A DNA stretch of 64,000 nt from Chitinophagales bacterium (GTDB taxonomy: Bacteria > Bacteroidota > Bacteroidia > Chitinophagales > LD1), in assembly GCA_046329535.1 (NCBI GenBank), contig JAXLUN010000001.1, positions 514,856-578,855 on the forward strand, read 5' to 3'. Positions within the stretch are counted from its first letter, which is position 1, and each line of letters begins with the position of its first letter. Below the pieces are notes generated by a model. The model was given only the letters and a program-made list of their open reading frames with translations, searched no databases and had not been told where the DNA came from. Made by a program: the position numbers and the translations under genes. Positions 9,574-20,057 of this stretch are shown here, one piece after another.

Positions 9574-10075
9574 AGGCAGATTTTTAAGAATTATCAATTT
9601 TGATACGAAGCCTGTGCAGGCATTCAAATTATAAAGACTAAGGTAAAAAGTATTTTTTATTCAAAAAATAGGTAGCCGTCAATTTATTTTATATGGTTGA
9701 TGATTCAATTTAAAAAGATATCTATTTATTTTTATTGCAACTGATTTTAATTTTTGAAAACGTAAAATAGAAATATAAAATCATCAACTATTAATTATAA
9801 AGTGTCAACTATTTATAAGAATGATTGGCTATTAAAAATGAAACATGAAAAAGAATATTTTTTTTCATTCAATGCTGTTTTTATAGCTGTAATATATCTT
9901 TTAAGCCGTAAAAAATTAAACCAAAACCAGCCCCCAAGGCAGTGAAATAAGCCAATAAGTGTATTTATGCTGGGTTAAAGACCATTAAAGCCCCGGCAAA
10001 CCATGCCGGCAGATGTTTGAGAAGAGTTGTACAAACCCTTCATTGGCCAAATAAAAACTGTAATCTTGCAAGCCC

Positions 10076-12106
10076 ATGGAATTTAAACTAACTACCAAGT
10101 ATCAACCCGCAGGCGATCAGCCGGAGGCCATTCGCCAGTTGGTAGAAGGCATAGCGCAACGTGAAAAACATCAGGTGCTGCTGGGCGTTACCGGTTCGGG
10201 TAAAACATTTACCATAGCCAATGTGATACAGCAGGTGCAAAAACCTACCTTGATTTTGACCCACAACAAAACCCTGGTGGCACAGCTGTATGGTGAGTTT
10301 AAACAGTTTTTTCCCGAAAACGCGGTAGAATATTTTGTATCGTATTACGATTATTATCAGCCCGAGGCCTACATTGTTTCTACCGGTACTTACATAGAGA
10401 AAGACTTAGCCATTAACGAAGAAATTGACAAGCTGCGCCTCAGTGCTACCGCTTCCCTGCTTTCGGGGCGCAGAGATATTATTGTGGTGGCCTCGGTTAG
10501 CTGTATTTACGGTTTGGGTAATCCGGTTGAAATTGAAAATGGCATTATTCGCATACAACAGGGTCAGGTCATATCGCGCAATAAGTTTTTACATAGTTTG
10601 GTAGATAGCCTTTACTCGCGGGCCGAAGAGTTGCAGCGCGGCACTTTTCGGGTAAAAGGCGATGTGGTGGAAATAGCCCTGCCTTATGTAGATTATGCTT
10701 ACCGCATTACCTTTTTTGGCGATGAAATAGAAGAGATAGAAAGTTTTGATTTAGCTACCGGCCGTAAGTTAGGCAAGCTGGATATTGCCGCCATCTTCCC
10801 GGCCAATCTGTACGTTACTTCTAAAGATTCCATGTTGCAGATATTAGATGAAATACGTTTAGAGCTTGATACACAGATTCAGTATTTTAAAGAAACCGGC
10901 AAGCATATTGAAGCCGCACGCATTAAAGAACGGGTAGAGTTTGACATGGAAATGATGCGCGAACTGGGATACTGTTCGGGCGTTGAAAATTATTCCCGCT
11001 TTTTAGACCGCAGAGCCAAAGGCACCCGCCCCTATTGTCTGCTCGATTACTTTGCCGATGATTTTTTAATTGTACTGGATGAAAGCCATGTAACCCTGCC
11101 CCAAATTGGTGGCATGTATGGTGGTGACCGCTCACGCAAAATGAATCTGGTAGAATACGGTTTCCGGTTACCATCAGCACTCGATAACCGTCCGCTAAAT
11201 TTTCATGAGTTTGAAGCCAAGGTCAATCAGGCCATTTATGTAAGCGCCACACCGGGCGATTATGAAATGGAACAAACCGAAGGCAATTTTGTAGAGCAGG
11301 TAGTTAGGCCTACCGGTCTTCTCGACCCGCCCATTGAGGTGCGCCCCAGCTTGAATCAGATAGATGATTTGCTCGAAGAAATTGATGAACGCATTAAAAT
11401 GAAAGAACGTGTTTTGGTAACCACCCTAACCAAACGCATGGCCGAAGAATTAAACAAATACCTGGGCCGTTTAAATATTAAATGCCGCTACATCCATAGC
11501 GAAGTAGATACACTGGACCGCATAGAAATTATCCGCGATTTACGCTTAGGCAAGTTTGATGTACTAATTGGTGTAAACCTGCTGCGCGAAGGCCTTGACC
11601 TTCCCGAGGTATCCTTGGTAGCAATTCTCGATGCCGATAAAGAAGGCTTTTTGCGCAACCGAAGAAGCTTGATTCAGGTAGCAGGCCGGGCCGCCCGAAA
11701 CGTAAACGGCAAGGTAATCATGTATGCCGATAAGGTAACCAACAGCATGCAGCTTACAATTGATGAAACCAACCGCAGAAGAGAAAAGCAGATAAAATAT
11801 AATACCGAACACAATATCACTCCGCTCACCATCCTAAAGTCGCGCGATGAAATTATGCAGCAAACCTCAGTGCTGGATATCCGCAAAGTATCGCCCGATG
11901 CTTACATAGAGATGCAGGATGAAGTGAGCCTGGTTGCCGAACCGGTAGTACAATACATGAATGCCGACCAGCTGCACCAGGCTATTGAAACTACCCGCAA
12001 GCGCATGCTCGAGGCCTCTAAAGATTTAGACTACCTCACCGCTGCTAAACTGCGCGATGAAATGCTCTCCATGCAAAAAACACTGAAAGAGAAATTCAGT
12101 AACTAG
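10076..12106 (+). CDS. uvrB: Excinuclease ABC subunit B
   Basis: Walker A GVTGSGKTFT, beta-hairpin region YYDYYQPEAY, helicase motifs, and the C-terminal UVR motif AAKLRDEM. Confidence 0.95.
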   Translation: MEFKLTTKYQPAGDQPEAIRQLVEGIAQREKHQVLLGVTGSGKTFTIANVIQQVQKPTLILTHNKTLVAQLYGEFKQFFPENAVEYFVSYYDYYQPEAYIVSTGTYIEKDLAINEEIDKLRLSATASLLSGRRDIIVVASVSCIYGLGNPVEIENGIIRIQQGQVISRNKFLHSLVDSLYSRAEELQRGTFRVKGDVVEIALPYVDYAYRITFFGDEIEEIESFDLATGRKLGKLDIAAIFPANLYVTSKDSMLQILDEIRLELDTQIQYFKETGKHIEAARIKERVEFDMEMMRELGYCSGVENYSRFLDRRAKGTRPYCLLDYFADDFLIVLDESHVTLPQIGGMYGGDRSRKMNLVEYGFRLPSALDNRPLNFHEFEAKVNQAIYVSATPGDYEMEQTEGNFVEQVVRPTGLLDPPIEVRPSLNQIDDLLEEIDERIKMKERVLVTTLTKRMAEELNKYLGRLNIKCRYIHSEVDTLDRIEIIRDLRLGKFDVLIGVNLLREGLDLPEVSLVAILDADKEGFLRNRRSLIQVAGRAARNVNGKVIMYADKVTNSMQLTIDETNRRREKQIKYNTEHNITPLTILKSRDEIMQQTSVLDIRKVSPDAYIEMQDEVSLVAEPVVQYMNADQLHQAIETTRKRMLEASKDLDYLTAAKLRDEMLSMQKTLKEKFSN

Positions 12107-12111
12107 GATAA

Positions 12112-12146
12112 AAAGAAAAAGGGGCTAAAAGCCCCCTTTCCTTTTT
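12112..12146. terminator. Bidirectional terminator between the convergent uvrB and collagen-like genes
   Basis: Stem ggggct/agcccc with a 3-nt loop, flanked by an A-run upstream and a T-rich tract downstream. Confidence 0.6.
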
Positions 12147-12165
12147 ATAACATGGGAAGCGAATC

Positions 12166-14121
12166 TTACTTCTTCTTTGCCAATTTACCTACCGATTGAG
12201 TATTTACCGGAGTGTAGTTAATTCTGTATTCGTTTGATAAACCAAACAATTCAGGATGCAGATATTTGCCGGCATCTTTTCCTTTGCTTACCTCATCTAC
12301 TACACGGTGCTGTTGAGCCCATGCATCCTTACGAACCCCGGTTACCTGCCAGCTTACTTTCACATTCGGCTTGTCGGTTTTTACCACAAATGAGTTGTTG
12401 GAAATTTCCTCGCCAACAATAGCCTGAGCAAAAATACCCATAGGGGTTAACTGATAACGAAAATCCATGTTCTCTGCTTCAAAGTATGCCGGCAGTTTCA
12501 CTACGGCCGTTCCGCTGGCATCGGTAGTTATATTGCCATTGTATATGTTCATCATATCCGGGCTCTCCACAAAACTGTGAATCAGATATTTGTTGGCCGG
12601 GTCTTGCGGGTGGTCAATGCGGAAAGTGCCCGAAGCTTTTGAAAGTGCTCCTGTAACGTTCACATCGCCAAAGAAATAACCCGCCCAGTTATTAGCAGCA
12701 CAGTTAGCACATGCACCGGCATCGCCTACAACACCTATGTAACCTGCTGCACCAATGGTAGTATCAACTAAACCATAAACACCATAGTTGTTGCCTGAAG
12801 AATAGTGAGCAATACCCAATACACCAAAGTTAGCTTTGGTAGCACCATTAGCACCATCGGCCAAAGCCCAAACTCCGGAGTTGGTTCCTAGAGAGGAAGA
12901 AGAAGAAGCCTCTACGGCCCGGTTAATATTCTGAGAACTATCTGCTGTAGCTTCCAAACCAATGTTTGCACCGTTAACGGCAGTAAGACCACCGGCATCG
13001 GCTTCTACGCCAAAGTTGATTAAACCTTTAGCTGCATAGCCGTAAACACCGTAGTTATATTGGGCGTTGGTGGTATTTGCCAAACCGCGTAACGCAATCT
13101 GGAATCCGGTAGTTCCGGCAATAACTGAAGTAAGGCCGGTATAAACGGAACTGGCGGTAGAGGCCCCTGTTGAAGAAACCAATACAGAATTGCCTGCTGC
13201 GGTAAATGCGTTAGCTACGCTGAGTTTGGCACTTGGTGCGGCAGTTCCTATACCAACATTGCCTGTATTGTTATTGTAAAGGTTGTTGGTAGCAAAAGTC
13301 CAGTATGAGTTGATGGTAGTTCCGGCAATAGTAATTCCGGTTCCGGCTGTATAGTTAGATCCTGTTCCTGTAGGACCTGTGGGGCCAGTAGGTCCGGTAG
13401 CTCCTGCAGTGCCTACACCCGTAGCACCGGTAGGTCCTGTAACGCCCACACCCGTAGCCCCCGTAGCACCGGTAACTCCGTTAGAGCCGTTTGTTCCGTT
13501 TGTTCCCGATGGGCCAGTTGGACCTGTAGGCCCGGTTGCACCACCTCCGGAACCCGTAGCCCCAGTAGGCCCTGTAGCACCAGTGGCACCACCTCCGGAA
13601 CCCGTAGCACCGGTAGGTCCTGTAGCACCGGTGGCACCATTACTTCCATTAGAACCGTTTGTTCCATTCGTACCAGAAGGTCCTGTCGGTCCGGTAGGTC
13701 CTGTGGCTCCCGTACTTCCGCCACCGCCACCGTTACCGGCAAATAATGCGTAAGGAACACTCAGTAATTGAGAGGTTCCCATGTCGGTAAATGTAGAGGT
13801 GTTGTTTATATCTGTTTCAACTTGTAAATATTTGGCACCTGAGCCCCAGTTAACGGTGCTGAGGTTAGATACGCTACCAATCTGCACATTAACCAATCCA
13901 AACTGATTGGCCAAAGCATTAATGGTTTCAGAATAAACAGCTGTACCGGTTGGAGAGCCGTCATGAATAGTAAAGCGTAATTTTACCGGTGTGTTGTTGG
14001 CAACCGGCTGGCCGGCTGCATTTCTAACTACTGCTTGGTAGTTGAGTTGTTGGGGCGCTTGTGCCCATGAGGCAGATACTGTAGCTGCCACGAACATCAG
14101 GATTGCGTATACTTTTTTCAT
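12166..14121 (-). CDS. Secreted collagen-like (GxT/GxS triplet) repeat protein with conserved N- and C-terminal globular domains
   Basis: Signal peptide [20 protein letters not shown]. Residues about 129-254 are G-x-(T/S/N) triplets ([22 protein letters not shown]...). It also has the motif [15 protein letters not shown] and a C-terminal domain [30 protein letters not shown]. Confidence 0.75.
   Translation of the reverse strand: MKKVYAILMFVAATVSASWAQAPQQLNYQAVVRNAAGQPVANNTPVKLRFTIHDGSPTGTAVYSETINALANQFGLVNVQIGSVSNLSTVNWGSGAKYLQVETDINNTSTFTDMGTSQLLSVPYALFAGNGGGGGSTGATGPTGPTGPSGTNGTNGSNGSNGATGATGPTGATGSGGGATGATGPTGATGSGGGATGPTGPTGPSGTNGTNGSNGVTGATGATGVGVTGPTGATGVGTAGATGPTGPTGPTGTGSNYTAGTGITIAGTTINSYWTFATNNLYNNNTGNVGIGTAAPSAKLSVANAFTAAGNSVLVSSTGASTASSVYTGLTSVIAGTTGFQIALRGLANTTNAQYNYGVYGYAAKGLINFGVEADAGGLTAVNGANIGLEATADSSQNINRAVEASSSSSLGTNSGVWALADGANGATKANFGVLGIAHYSSGNNYGVYGLVDTTIGAAGYIGVVGDAGACANCAANNWAGYFFGDVNVTGALSKASGTFRIDHPQDPANKYLIHSFVESPDMMNIYNGNITTDASGTAVVKLPAYFEAENMDFRYQLTPMGIFAQAIVGEEISNNSFVVKTDKPNVKVSWQVTGVRKDAWAQQHRVVDEVSKGKDAGKYLHPELFGLSNEYRINYTPVNTQSVGKLAKKK
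13360..13737 (-). repeat. In-frame triplet-repeat DNA encoding the collagen-like segment, including an exact protein-level 2 x 48-nt tandem duplication (13540-13635)
   Basis: ccacctccggaacccgtagcCccAgtaggCcctgtagcaccAgtggca is followed directly by a copy differing at 4 positions, apparently synonymous since both copies encode [16 protein letters not shown]. Confidence 0.85.
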
Positions 14122-14153
14122 GCTTATAGTTTGGGTGTTGTTTATGTATTGAA

Positions 14154-14675
14154 TTAATTAATTACTTGAAATTTTTTGCTGATAGTATGAACCTTTCCGT
14201 CTTTATCGGAGGTAAAGTTCATGGTAAGCAGATATACACCTGCAGCAAAGGTAGATACAGTAGTTTGCTGAACTATTTTTCCGTTGGTGTAATTACCGTT
14301 GTATATATCCGATACTTTTTGACCGATAACATCAAACAAAGAAACGGCCACTTTACCTGATTCAGGAAGTTCAAATCCGAACCACAGATTATCAACTGCC
14401 GGATTTGGATACACCACCAACGATCCGAATTCGTCTTTAGTCATATCAATTAGCCCTGTTACATTTTCATTGGGCTGTTGAAATCCCTGTGTTAAAATAT
14501 TGCCGTTGGCAGAAAAGGTTTGCACCATGGTCATTTCTCCAACCGTGTATGACAAACTGCCGTTTGCATTCGATGAAAAGCCCCCCGTGCTGGAAATTAC
14601 AGTAGGCGAAAGGGATTGTGCACCGGCCATGAGACACATAGCTAATGCCAGAAAGGTTAAGTATACATTTTTCAT
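14154..14675 (-). CDS. Small secreted protein with a T9SS (Por) C-terminal sorting domain
   Basis: Signal peptide, then the CTD-like stretch [15 protein letters not shown]...GVYLLTMNF...KFQVIN. The N-terminal motif is ISSTGGFSS...LTQGFQQP. Lies 32 nt upstream of the collagen-like gene. Confidence 0.7.
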   Translation of the reverse strand: MKNVYLTFLALAMCLMAGAQSLSPTVISSTGGFSSNANGSLSYTVGEMTMVQTFSANGNILTQGFQQPNENVTGLIDMTKDEFGSLVVYPNPAVDNLWFGFELPESGKVAVSLFDVIGQKVSDIYNGNYTNGKIVQQTTVSTFAAGVYLLTMNFTSDKDGKVHTISKKFQVIN

Positions 14676-14763
14676 GTTATAAATTTTGGATAAAGAAAAG
14701 GTTTTCCTGTTAGCCCTACAAATCTTTTTTGGGGATAATATAGGATTCAGAATGTTCGGTTTT

Positions 14764-16002
14764 TCAATATAGCATGCGAAGCTTAATAGTGCTTTTTACC
14801 TCTTTGAGCAGCGCGATAGCCTCGCGTGAAAGAGAGGTGTCAATATCCAGCACCACATAACCAATTGAATCGTTGGTCTTCAGATACTGCCCCAGAATGT
14901 TAATGTTATGCGAAGAAAGTTTGGAATTGATTTCTCCTAACACACCCGGAACATTTTTGTGTATGTGCAGAATACGATGGGTTTTTGCCTGCAAAGGCAG
15001 ATTTAGTTGTGGAACAGAATGAGATCCGGTAGTGCTTCCTCTTTCCAGATAATTCAGCAGTTTGGAGGTGACATCTAAACCGATATTAAACTGTGCTTCT
15101 TCAGTAGAACCACCGATATGCGGAGTGAGAATTACGTTAGGTAAATTTTGAAGAACGGTAGAAAATTTTGCTCCGTTTTTTTCCGGCTCCTCAGGAAATA
15201 CGTCAATAGCTGCTCCGGCAAGATGCCCGTTCTCCAGGCATTTTTTCAAGGCATCTAAATCCACCACATCACCGCGGCTGTAGTTAATCAGAACACTTCC
15301 TTTTTTCATAAAAGCAAGTGTATCTGCATGAATCAAATTACGGGTAGATGGTTCGCTTGGGATATGAAGTGTAACAACATTAGAACGTTTAAGCAGGTCT
15401 TTGAGAGAACGAACCTGCTTGGCATTTCCATGTGGCAGTTTAGATTCTACATCGTAATAGACAACATCCATTCCCATGGCTTCAGCCATCACACTTACCT
15501 GCGAGCCAATGTTGCCGTAGCCTACTATTCCCAATGTTTTGCCACGCAATTCAAAACTTCCTTTAGCATCTTTCTGCCAAATACCTTTATGGGCGGCAGT
15601 GTTTTTATCAACTATTTTACGGATGAGCATGATAGATAGCCCTATAACCAGTTCGGCTACACTTCGGGTATTGGCATGAGGGGCATTAAATACCGCAATG
15701 CCTCGTTCAGCGGCAGTCCTCATATTTACCTGATTAACTCCGATACAGTAACAGCCAATAGCCAGCAACTTATTGGCCTTTGATAAAACTTTTTCAGTTA
15801 CCAGCGTTTTGCTTCTGATGCCTAACAAGTGAACATCCTTCAATTCCTGAATCAGTTCTTTTTCATCCAATGCCCCGCTCAGTTTTTTTATACTGACATA
15901 GCCGGCTTCCTTAAATTCTTCCACGGATACATCGCTGATGTTTTCGAGCAGAAGAATCTTGATTTTATCTTTAGGGTAGGATGTGAGTTTAGTTGGTGAC
16001 AT
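14764..16002 (-). CDS. serA: D-3-phosphoglycerate dehydrogenase with C-terminal ACT domain
   Basis: 412 aa with NAD-binding motif GIVGYGNIGSQV. The 2-hydroxyacid dehydrogenase catalytic region and the length match the E. coli SerA type. Confidence 0.85.
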   Translation of the reverse strand: MSPTKLTSYPKDKIKILLLENISDVSVEEFKEAGYVSIKKLSGALDEKELIQELKDVHLLGIRSKTLVTEKVLSKANKLLAIGCYCIGVNQVNMRTAAERGIAVFNAPHANTRSVAELVIGLSIMLIRKIVDKNTAAHKGIWQKDAKGSFELRGKTLGIVGYGNIGSQVSVMAEAMGMDVVYYDVESKLPHGNAKQVRSLKDLLKRSNVVTLHIPSEPSTRNLIHADTLAFMKKGSVLINYSRGDVVDLDALKKCLENGHLAGAAIDVFPEEPEKNGAKFSTVLQNLPNVILTPHIGGSTEEAQFNIGLDVTSKLLNYLERGSTTGSHSVPQLNLPLQAKTHRILHIHKNVPGVLGEINSKLSSHNINILGQYLKTNDSIGYVVLDIDTSLSREAIALLKEVKSTIKLRMLY

Positions 16003-16040
16003 GGCGCGAATGTAGAAAAAGTGATGAGTAGCATCTTGGC

Positions 16041-16982
16041 TTATAGTTTGGCAACCTGCTCTTTAGATGCAATAAATTCTTCCCAAATCTCGGTTACTAT
16101 ATCGGCAGCTGGCTTTATTTCCTTAATGAACGAAGCAATCTGACCAATCTCCAGTTCGCCCTCATTCAAATCACCTTCATACATTCCTTTTTTTGCCCGT
16201 GCACGTCCCAGAATTTGAATCAATTCATCAACGCCTGCACCTCTATCTTCTGCTTCCTGCACTCTTTTTTGAAAATCATTTTTCACTAAACGCACAGGTA
16301 CTACCTTTTTCATGGATAGCATAGTGTCTCCTTCATTGGCATGAGTCACTACTTCTTTAAAATTCTGATGTGCGGAGGATTCATTACTGGCTACGAAGCG
16401 GGTTCCAATCTGAACGCCCTCTGCGCCCAAGACCATGGCGGCTAACATTCCTCTGCCGGTAGCAATTCCCCCGGCTGCTATCAAAGGCAAACTAACTGCG
16501 GCACGCACCTGAGGAATTAATACCAAGGATGTTGTTTCCTCTCTCCCGTTATGACCACCCGCCTCAAATCCTTCACATACAACTGCATCGCATCCGGCAT
16601 CTTCTACTTTTTTCGCAAATCTTGAAGATGATACTACATGAACTACTTTAATGCCATGTTGTTGTAAATGGTTGGTCCACGTTTTAGGATTACCGGCACT
16701 GGTAAAAACAATTTTTACCCCTTCTTCGATAATAATCTGAATGTGTTTTTCTATATCGGCATAAAGTAACGGAACGTTGACAGCAAATGGTTTTGGGGTT
16801 GCTGCCTTACACTTTCTTATTTCTTCGCGTAATACATCCGGATACATACTGCCGCTGCCAATCATTCCCAAACCGCCAGCATTACTAACCGCACTGGCCA
16901 GCTCCCAGCCGCTGCACCAAATCATGCCTGCCTGAATGATAGGATATTCAATTCCGAAAAGTTGTGTGATTCTGTTGGTCAT
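16041..16982 (-). CDS. NAD(P)H-dependent flavin oxidoreductase (nitronate monooxygenase / FabK-like family)
   Basis: Stretches MTNRITQLFGIEYPIIQAGM and AAGGIATGRGMLAAMVLGAEGVQIGTRF are typical of the NMO/2-nitropropane dioxygenase fold. Confidence 0.8.
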   Translation of the reverse strand: MTNRITQLFGIEYPIIQAGMIWCSGWELASAVSNAGGLGMIGSGSMYPDVLREEIRKCKAATPKPFAVNVPLLYADIEKHIQIIIEEGVKIVFTSAGNPKTWTNHLQQHGIKVVHVVSSSRFAKKVEDAGCDAVVCEGFEAGGHNGREETTSLVLIPQVRAAVSLPLIAAGGIATGRGMLAAMVLGAEGVQIGTRFVASNESSAHQNFKEVVTHANEGDTMLSMKKVVPVRLVKNDFQKRVQEAEDRGAGVDELIQILGRARAKKGMYEGDLNEGELEIGQIASFIKEIKPAADIVTEIWEEFIASKEQVAKL

Positions 16983-17018
16983 AATACTTGCGCTATATAA
17001 ACTCAAAAAAAAGGATGA

Positions 17019-18029
17019 TTAGTTGGAGTTTTCACCCCGAAGGTCAATTTCAGTGTTGTCACCAATATTTAAACTCTGGCTTTGACCTTTAATAATGGAA
17101 TCGCTGCCAATGAGTGAACTGTGGAGCACTACATTTTCAAGTTTACTGAATGAACCAATTATAGAGTTTTTGATAATACAGTAGTTTATCTCGGTATTTT
17201 CACCTATTGATACGTTTGGCCCTATGATGGAATTTTTTACAACAACTCCGGCAGGTATCTGCACGGGGGGCACAATAATTGAGTTTTCACTTTTGCCTTT
17301 ATTACCAGCTTTGTCACCTAACTTTTTAAGCAAAATGGAATTAGTCTCCAGCAGTATATCCTTCTTGCCCACATCATACCAACTTTCAATTTTATGGCTT
17401 TTAAACCTCACCCCTTCACCAATCATTTTCTGAATACCATCAGTTAAATAGAATTCACTATTGGTTCTGATATTGTGCGTAATGTTATAATCAAGTGCTT
17501 CAATCAGTTTTCGGGTTTCACGGATAAAATAAAATCCTACCAAAGCCATATTACTGCGTGGAATTTGTGGCTTCTCTTCAACCTTTTTAATAAAACCGTC
17601 TGCATCAATTTCCGCCACACCAAATGAGCGAGGGTCATCTACCTTCTTTACTACGAGTGTTGAGTGCTTCTCGGCCAATATCTTCTTAATATCAATATCT
17701 ACTATGGTGTCACCCAGATGAATAATCAGTTCTCTGCTTAAGTCTAATTCATCTTTGGCCTTCCATATAGCATGACCTAACCCTTCGCGTTTGTCTTGTT
17801 GAACAAATTTGGCGTTAATGTGTGGGTAGTTTTTATCTACAAACTCTTTAATTTTTTCTCCCAGATACCCGATGACAAACACAAAGTCTGTAATACCGTT
17901 TTCAGCCAGTTCATCTATAATAAACGACAAAATTGGTTTGCCGGCTACCGAAATCAGAACTTTGGGCTGAGTATAAGTAAGCGGCCTTAATCTGGTTCCT
18001 GCACCTGCCACAGGTATTATTGCTTGCAT
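17019..18029 (-). CDS. Sugar-phosphate nucleotidyltransferase with C-terminal left-handed beta-helix
   Basis: Motif IIPVAGAGTRLRPLT at the N-terminus and hexapeptide-like repeats (IIGPNVSIGENTEINYCIIKNSIIG) at the C-terminus. The ATG at 18029 is preferred. Confidence 0.8.
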   Translation of the reverse strand: MQAIIPVAGAGTRLRPLTYTQPKVLISVAGKPILSFIIDELAENGITDFVFVIGYLGEKIKEFVDKNYPHINAKFVQQDKREGLGHAIWKAKDELDLSRELIIHLGDTIVDIDIKKILAEKHSTLVVKKVDDPRSFGVAEIDADGFIKKVEEKPQIPRSNMALVGFYFIRETRKLIEALDYNITHNIRTNSEFYLTDGIQKMIGEGVRFKSHKIESWYDVGKKDILLETNSILLKKLGDKAGNKGKSENSIIVPPVQIPAGVVVKNSIIGPNVSIGENTEINYCIIKNSIIGSFSKLENVVLHSSLIGSDSIIKGQSQSLNIGDNTEIDLRGENSN

Positions 18030-18182
18030 AAAATAAACTTGAAATGCGAATATAAGAAGTAGCATTCATCGCTTCAAAATAATTGATGCGCCTGCATTGT
18101 GCAAAACAGGTGTTGGTAAAATATGAAGCATAATGTCGGTGAGATGTAAGCATGAAATTATTTTAGCGCGAAATAACTGAAT

Positions 18183-19454
18183 ATGGCAACCGATACACTG
18201 GTTTTTGATTTAATAGCCAAGGAACTTCACCGACAACAAGAAGGTATAGAGCTTATTGCCAGCGAAAACTTTACCTCACAGCCTGTAATGGCCGCAATGG
18301 GAAGTTGTTTGACAAACAAGTATGCTGAAGGTTTGCCTGGCAAAAGATATTACGGTGGTTGTCAGTTTGTTGATGAAATTGAAACGGTAGCTATTGAAAG
18401 ATTAAAACAGATTTTTGGCGCGGCATGGGCAAATGTGCAGCCGCACAGCGGAGCTCAGGCAAATGCAGCAGTTATGCTGGCATGTCTTAAGCCGGGGGAT
18501 AAGATTTTGGGATTTAATCTTTCGCACGGAGGACACCTTACTCACGGTTCTCCGGTCAACTTTTCGGGTAAGCTATATGTACCTAGTTTTTACGGAGTAG
18601 AAAAAGAAACCGGACGCATTGATATGAACAGGGTGCGTGAAACAGCTCTTGCCGAAAAACCTAAGTTGATAATATGCGGAGCAAGCGCATACTCTCGTGA
18701 GTGGGATTATCAAACTTTTAGAGCTATTGCCGATGAAGTTGGTGCATTATTGTTGGCTGATATCTCACATCCTGCCGGGTTAATTGCAGCTGGGTTGTTA
18801 GATAATCCGCTTCCTTATTGTCATATAGTAACTACCACTACCCACAAAACCCTTCGCGGCCCAAGAGGAGGTGTAATTATGATAGGACAGGACTTTGAAA
18901 ACCCTTTTGGTGATAAAACTCCAAAGGGTGAACTGAAAATGATGAGTGCCGTGTTAGATGGCGCTGTGTTTCCCGGCACACAAGGTGGTCCGCTGGAACA
19001 TGTGATAGCAGCAAAAGCAGTTGCTTTTGGAGAAGCCCTGACTGATGATTTTAAAAAATATCAGCTGCAGGTAAAAACTAATGCTCAGGCTCTTGCATCT
19101 GCATTGGTAGACAAAGGTTACGGAATAATTTCCGGAGGAACAGACAATCACCTAATGCTCATTGACCTGCGTAGCAAGAATGTTTCGGGAAAGCAGGCAG
19201 AAAATGCCTTGGTTAAGGCCGACATCACCTGCAATAAAAACATGGTACCATTTGATGATAAAAGTCCGTTTGTAACATCAGGTATTCGTTTAGGAACTCC
19301 GGCTGTAACTACCAGAGGCATGAAAGAGGCCGACATGAAACAGATTGCCAACTGGATTGACAGAATTATTCTGGATGTAGAAAATGAATCGGTTATGGCC
19401 CAGGTGAAAGCAGAAGTAAATGAATTCATGAATCAGTTTCCTCTTTATAATTAG
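18183..19454 (+). CDS. glyA: Serine hydroxymethyltransferase
   Basis: PLP-lysine motif [14 protein letters not shown], 423 aa. Confidence 0.95.
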   Translation: MATDTLVFDLIAKELHRQQEGIELIASENFTSQPVMAAMGSCLTNKYAEGLPGKRYYGGCQFVDEIETVAIERLKQIFGAAWANVQPHSGAQANAAVMLACLKPGDKILGFNLSHGGHLTHGSPVNFSGKLYVPSFYGVEKETGRIDMNRVRETALAEKPKLIICGASAYSREWDYQTFRAIADEVGALLLADISHPAGLIAAGLLDNPLPYCHIVTTTTHKTLRGPRGGVIMIGQDFENPFGDKTPKGELKMMSAVLDGAVFPGTQGGPLEHVIAAKAVAFGEALTDDFKKYQLQVKTNAQALASALVDKGYGIISGGTDNHLMLIDLRSKNVSGKQAENALVKADITCNKNMVPFDDKSPFVTSGIRLGTPAVTTRGMKEADMKQIANWIDRIILDVENESVMAQVKAEVNEFMNQFPLYN

Positions 19455-19469
19455 GTATAAGATAAAATC

Positions 19470-19976
19470 TTGAGAATACTTTTTCTCATAACTATCCTGC
19501 TTATTTCTTCCGGGTTGTCGGATGCGGAGGTTCATCCCCTCTCTTCGCTGATTGAAAAGCAAATTAAAAGCAACAATTATGAGTCCGCACTGCTTTCGTG
19601 CAATCAGTTAATACAAGAGTTTCCGGATAGAAAAGAAGGCTATTTTAACCGTGGACTCTGCCTGTACAAAACTGATAAATACTCCGAGGCTATATTAGAT
19701 TTTAATGACTGCTTACAAGTGGATTCGGAACTTGTAGCTGCCCGATTTTTAAAAGCAATGAGCTTGCAGAAAAGAGGCGATTTGTTGGAAGCGATGAATG
19801 TTCTCGAAGGAATTATGCAATCGGATGCAACCATTTATTCTGTATCTAAACGAATCAAAAACTACCAACTTGCCGTTTACCTATCTACAAGATGGTATTA
19901 TATGTTGGCGATGGGCTTGATTTTAATCTTACTGATGATACTGGTCATTAATATTTTCTCCTCGAGAAAAATGTAA
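19470..19976 (+). CDS. TPR-repeat protein with signal peptide and C-terminal transmembrane helix
   Basis: TPR-like helical pairs (YFNRGLCLYKTDKYSEAILDFNDCL). Apparent TTG start, so the start is uncertain. Confidence 0.5.
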   Translation: MRILFLITILLISSGLSDAEVHPLSSLIEKQIKSNNYESALLSCNQLIQEFPDRKEGYFNRGLCLYKTDKYSEAILDFNDCLQVDSELVAARFLKAMSLQKRGDLLEAMNVLEGIMQSDATIYSVSKRIKNYQLAVYLSTRWYYMLAMGLILILLMILVINIFSSRKM

Positions 19977-20057
19977 CATTCCGAAACCATATTTTCGGAA
20001 TAAAATTCAACGACCAACTAAAGCTATAGAGATTTTAATATTTCTACTTTCGCACCC

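Noticed and set aside
9628-9950. The extremely A/T-rich stretch considered as a replication origin (oriC).
   Set aside because: I could find no TTATCCACA-type DnaA boxes on either strand, and there is no dnaA or dnaN nearby. A 35-aa ATG frame at about 9836-9943 also has no support. The region is kept as a finding only as an unexplained A/T-rich regulatory region.
10061-10068. TAATCTTG upstream of uvrB and TAACTTTT (55008-55015) upstream of rpmH, considered as Bacteroidota -7 promoter boxes (TAnnTTTG).
   Set aside because: They are plausible but are only partial matches in A/T-rich DNA, where such strings arise by chance. They are not reported as features without transcription-start data.
13360-13737. 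Short periodic repeats that could superficially suggest a CRISPR array or a minisatellite.
   Set aside because: The period is 3-48 nt and there are no unique spacers. The repeats are in frame within a long CDS, and no cas genes lie nearby.
13379-13760. Two ORF-track frames (124 aa on +, 115 aa on -) rich in P/V/G or L/Q/V that overlap the collagen-like segment.
   Set aside because: They are by-products of the GGN/ACN triplet periodicity. Any frame of such repeat DNA stays open. The frame giving GxT triplets continues into well-formed N- and C-terminal domains with a signal peptide.
19978-20001. The hairpin attccgaaa/tttcggaat after the TPR gene, considered as a terminator.
   Set aside because: It has a 9-bp stem but no following T-tract, so the evidence is too weak to list as a feature.
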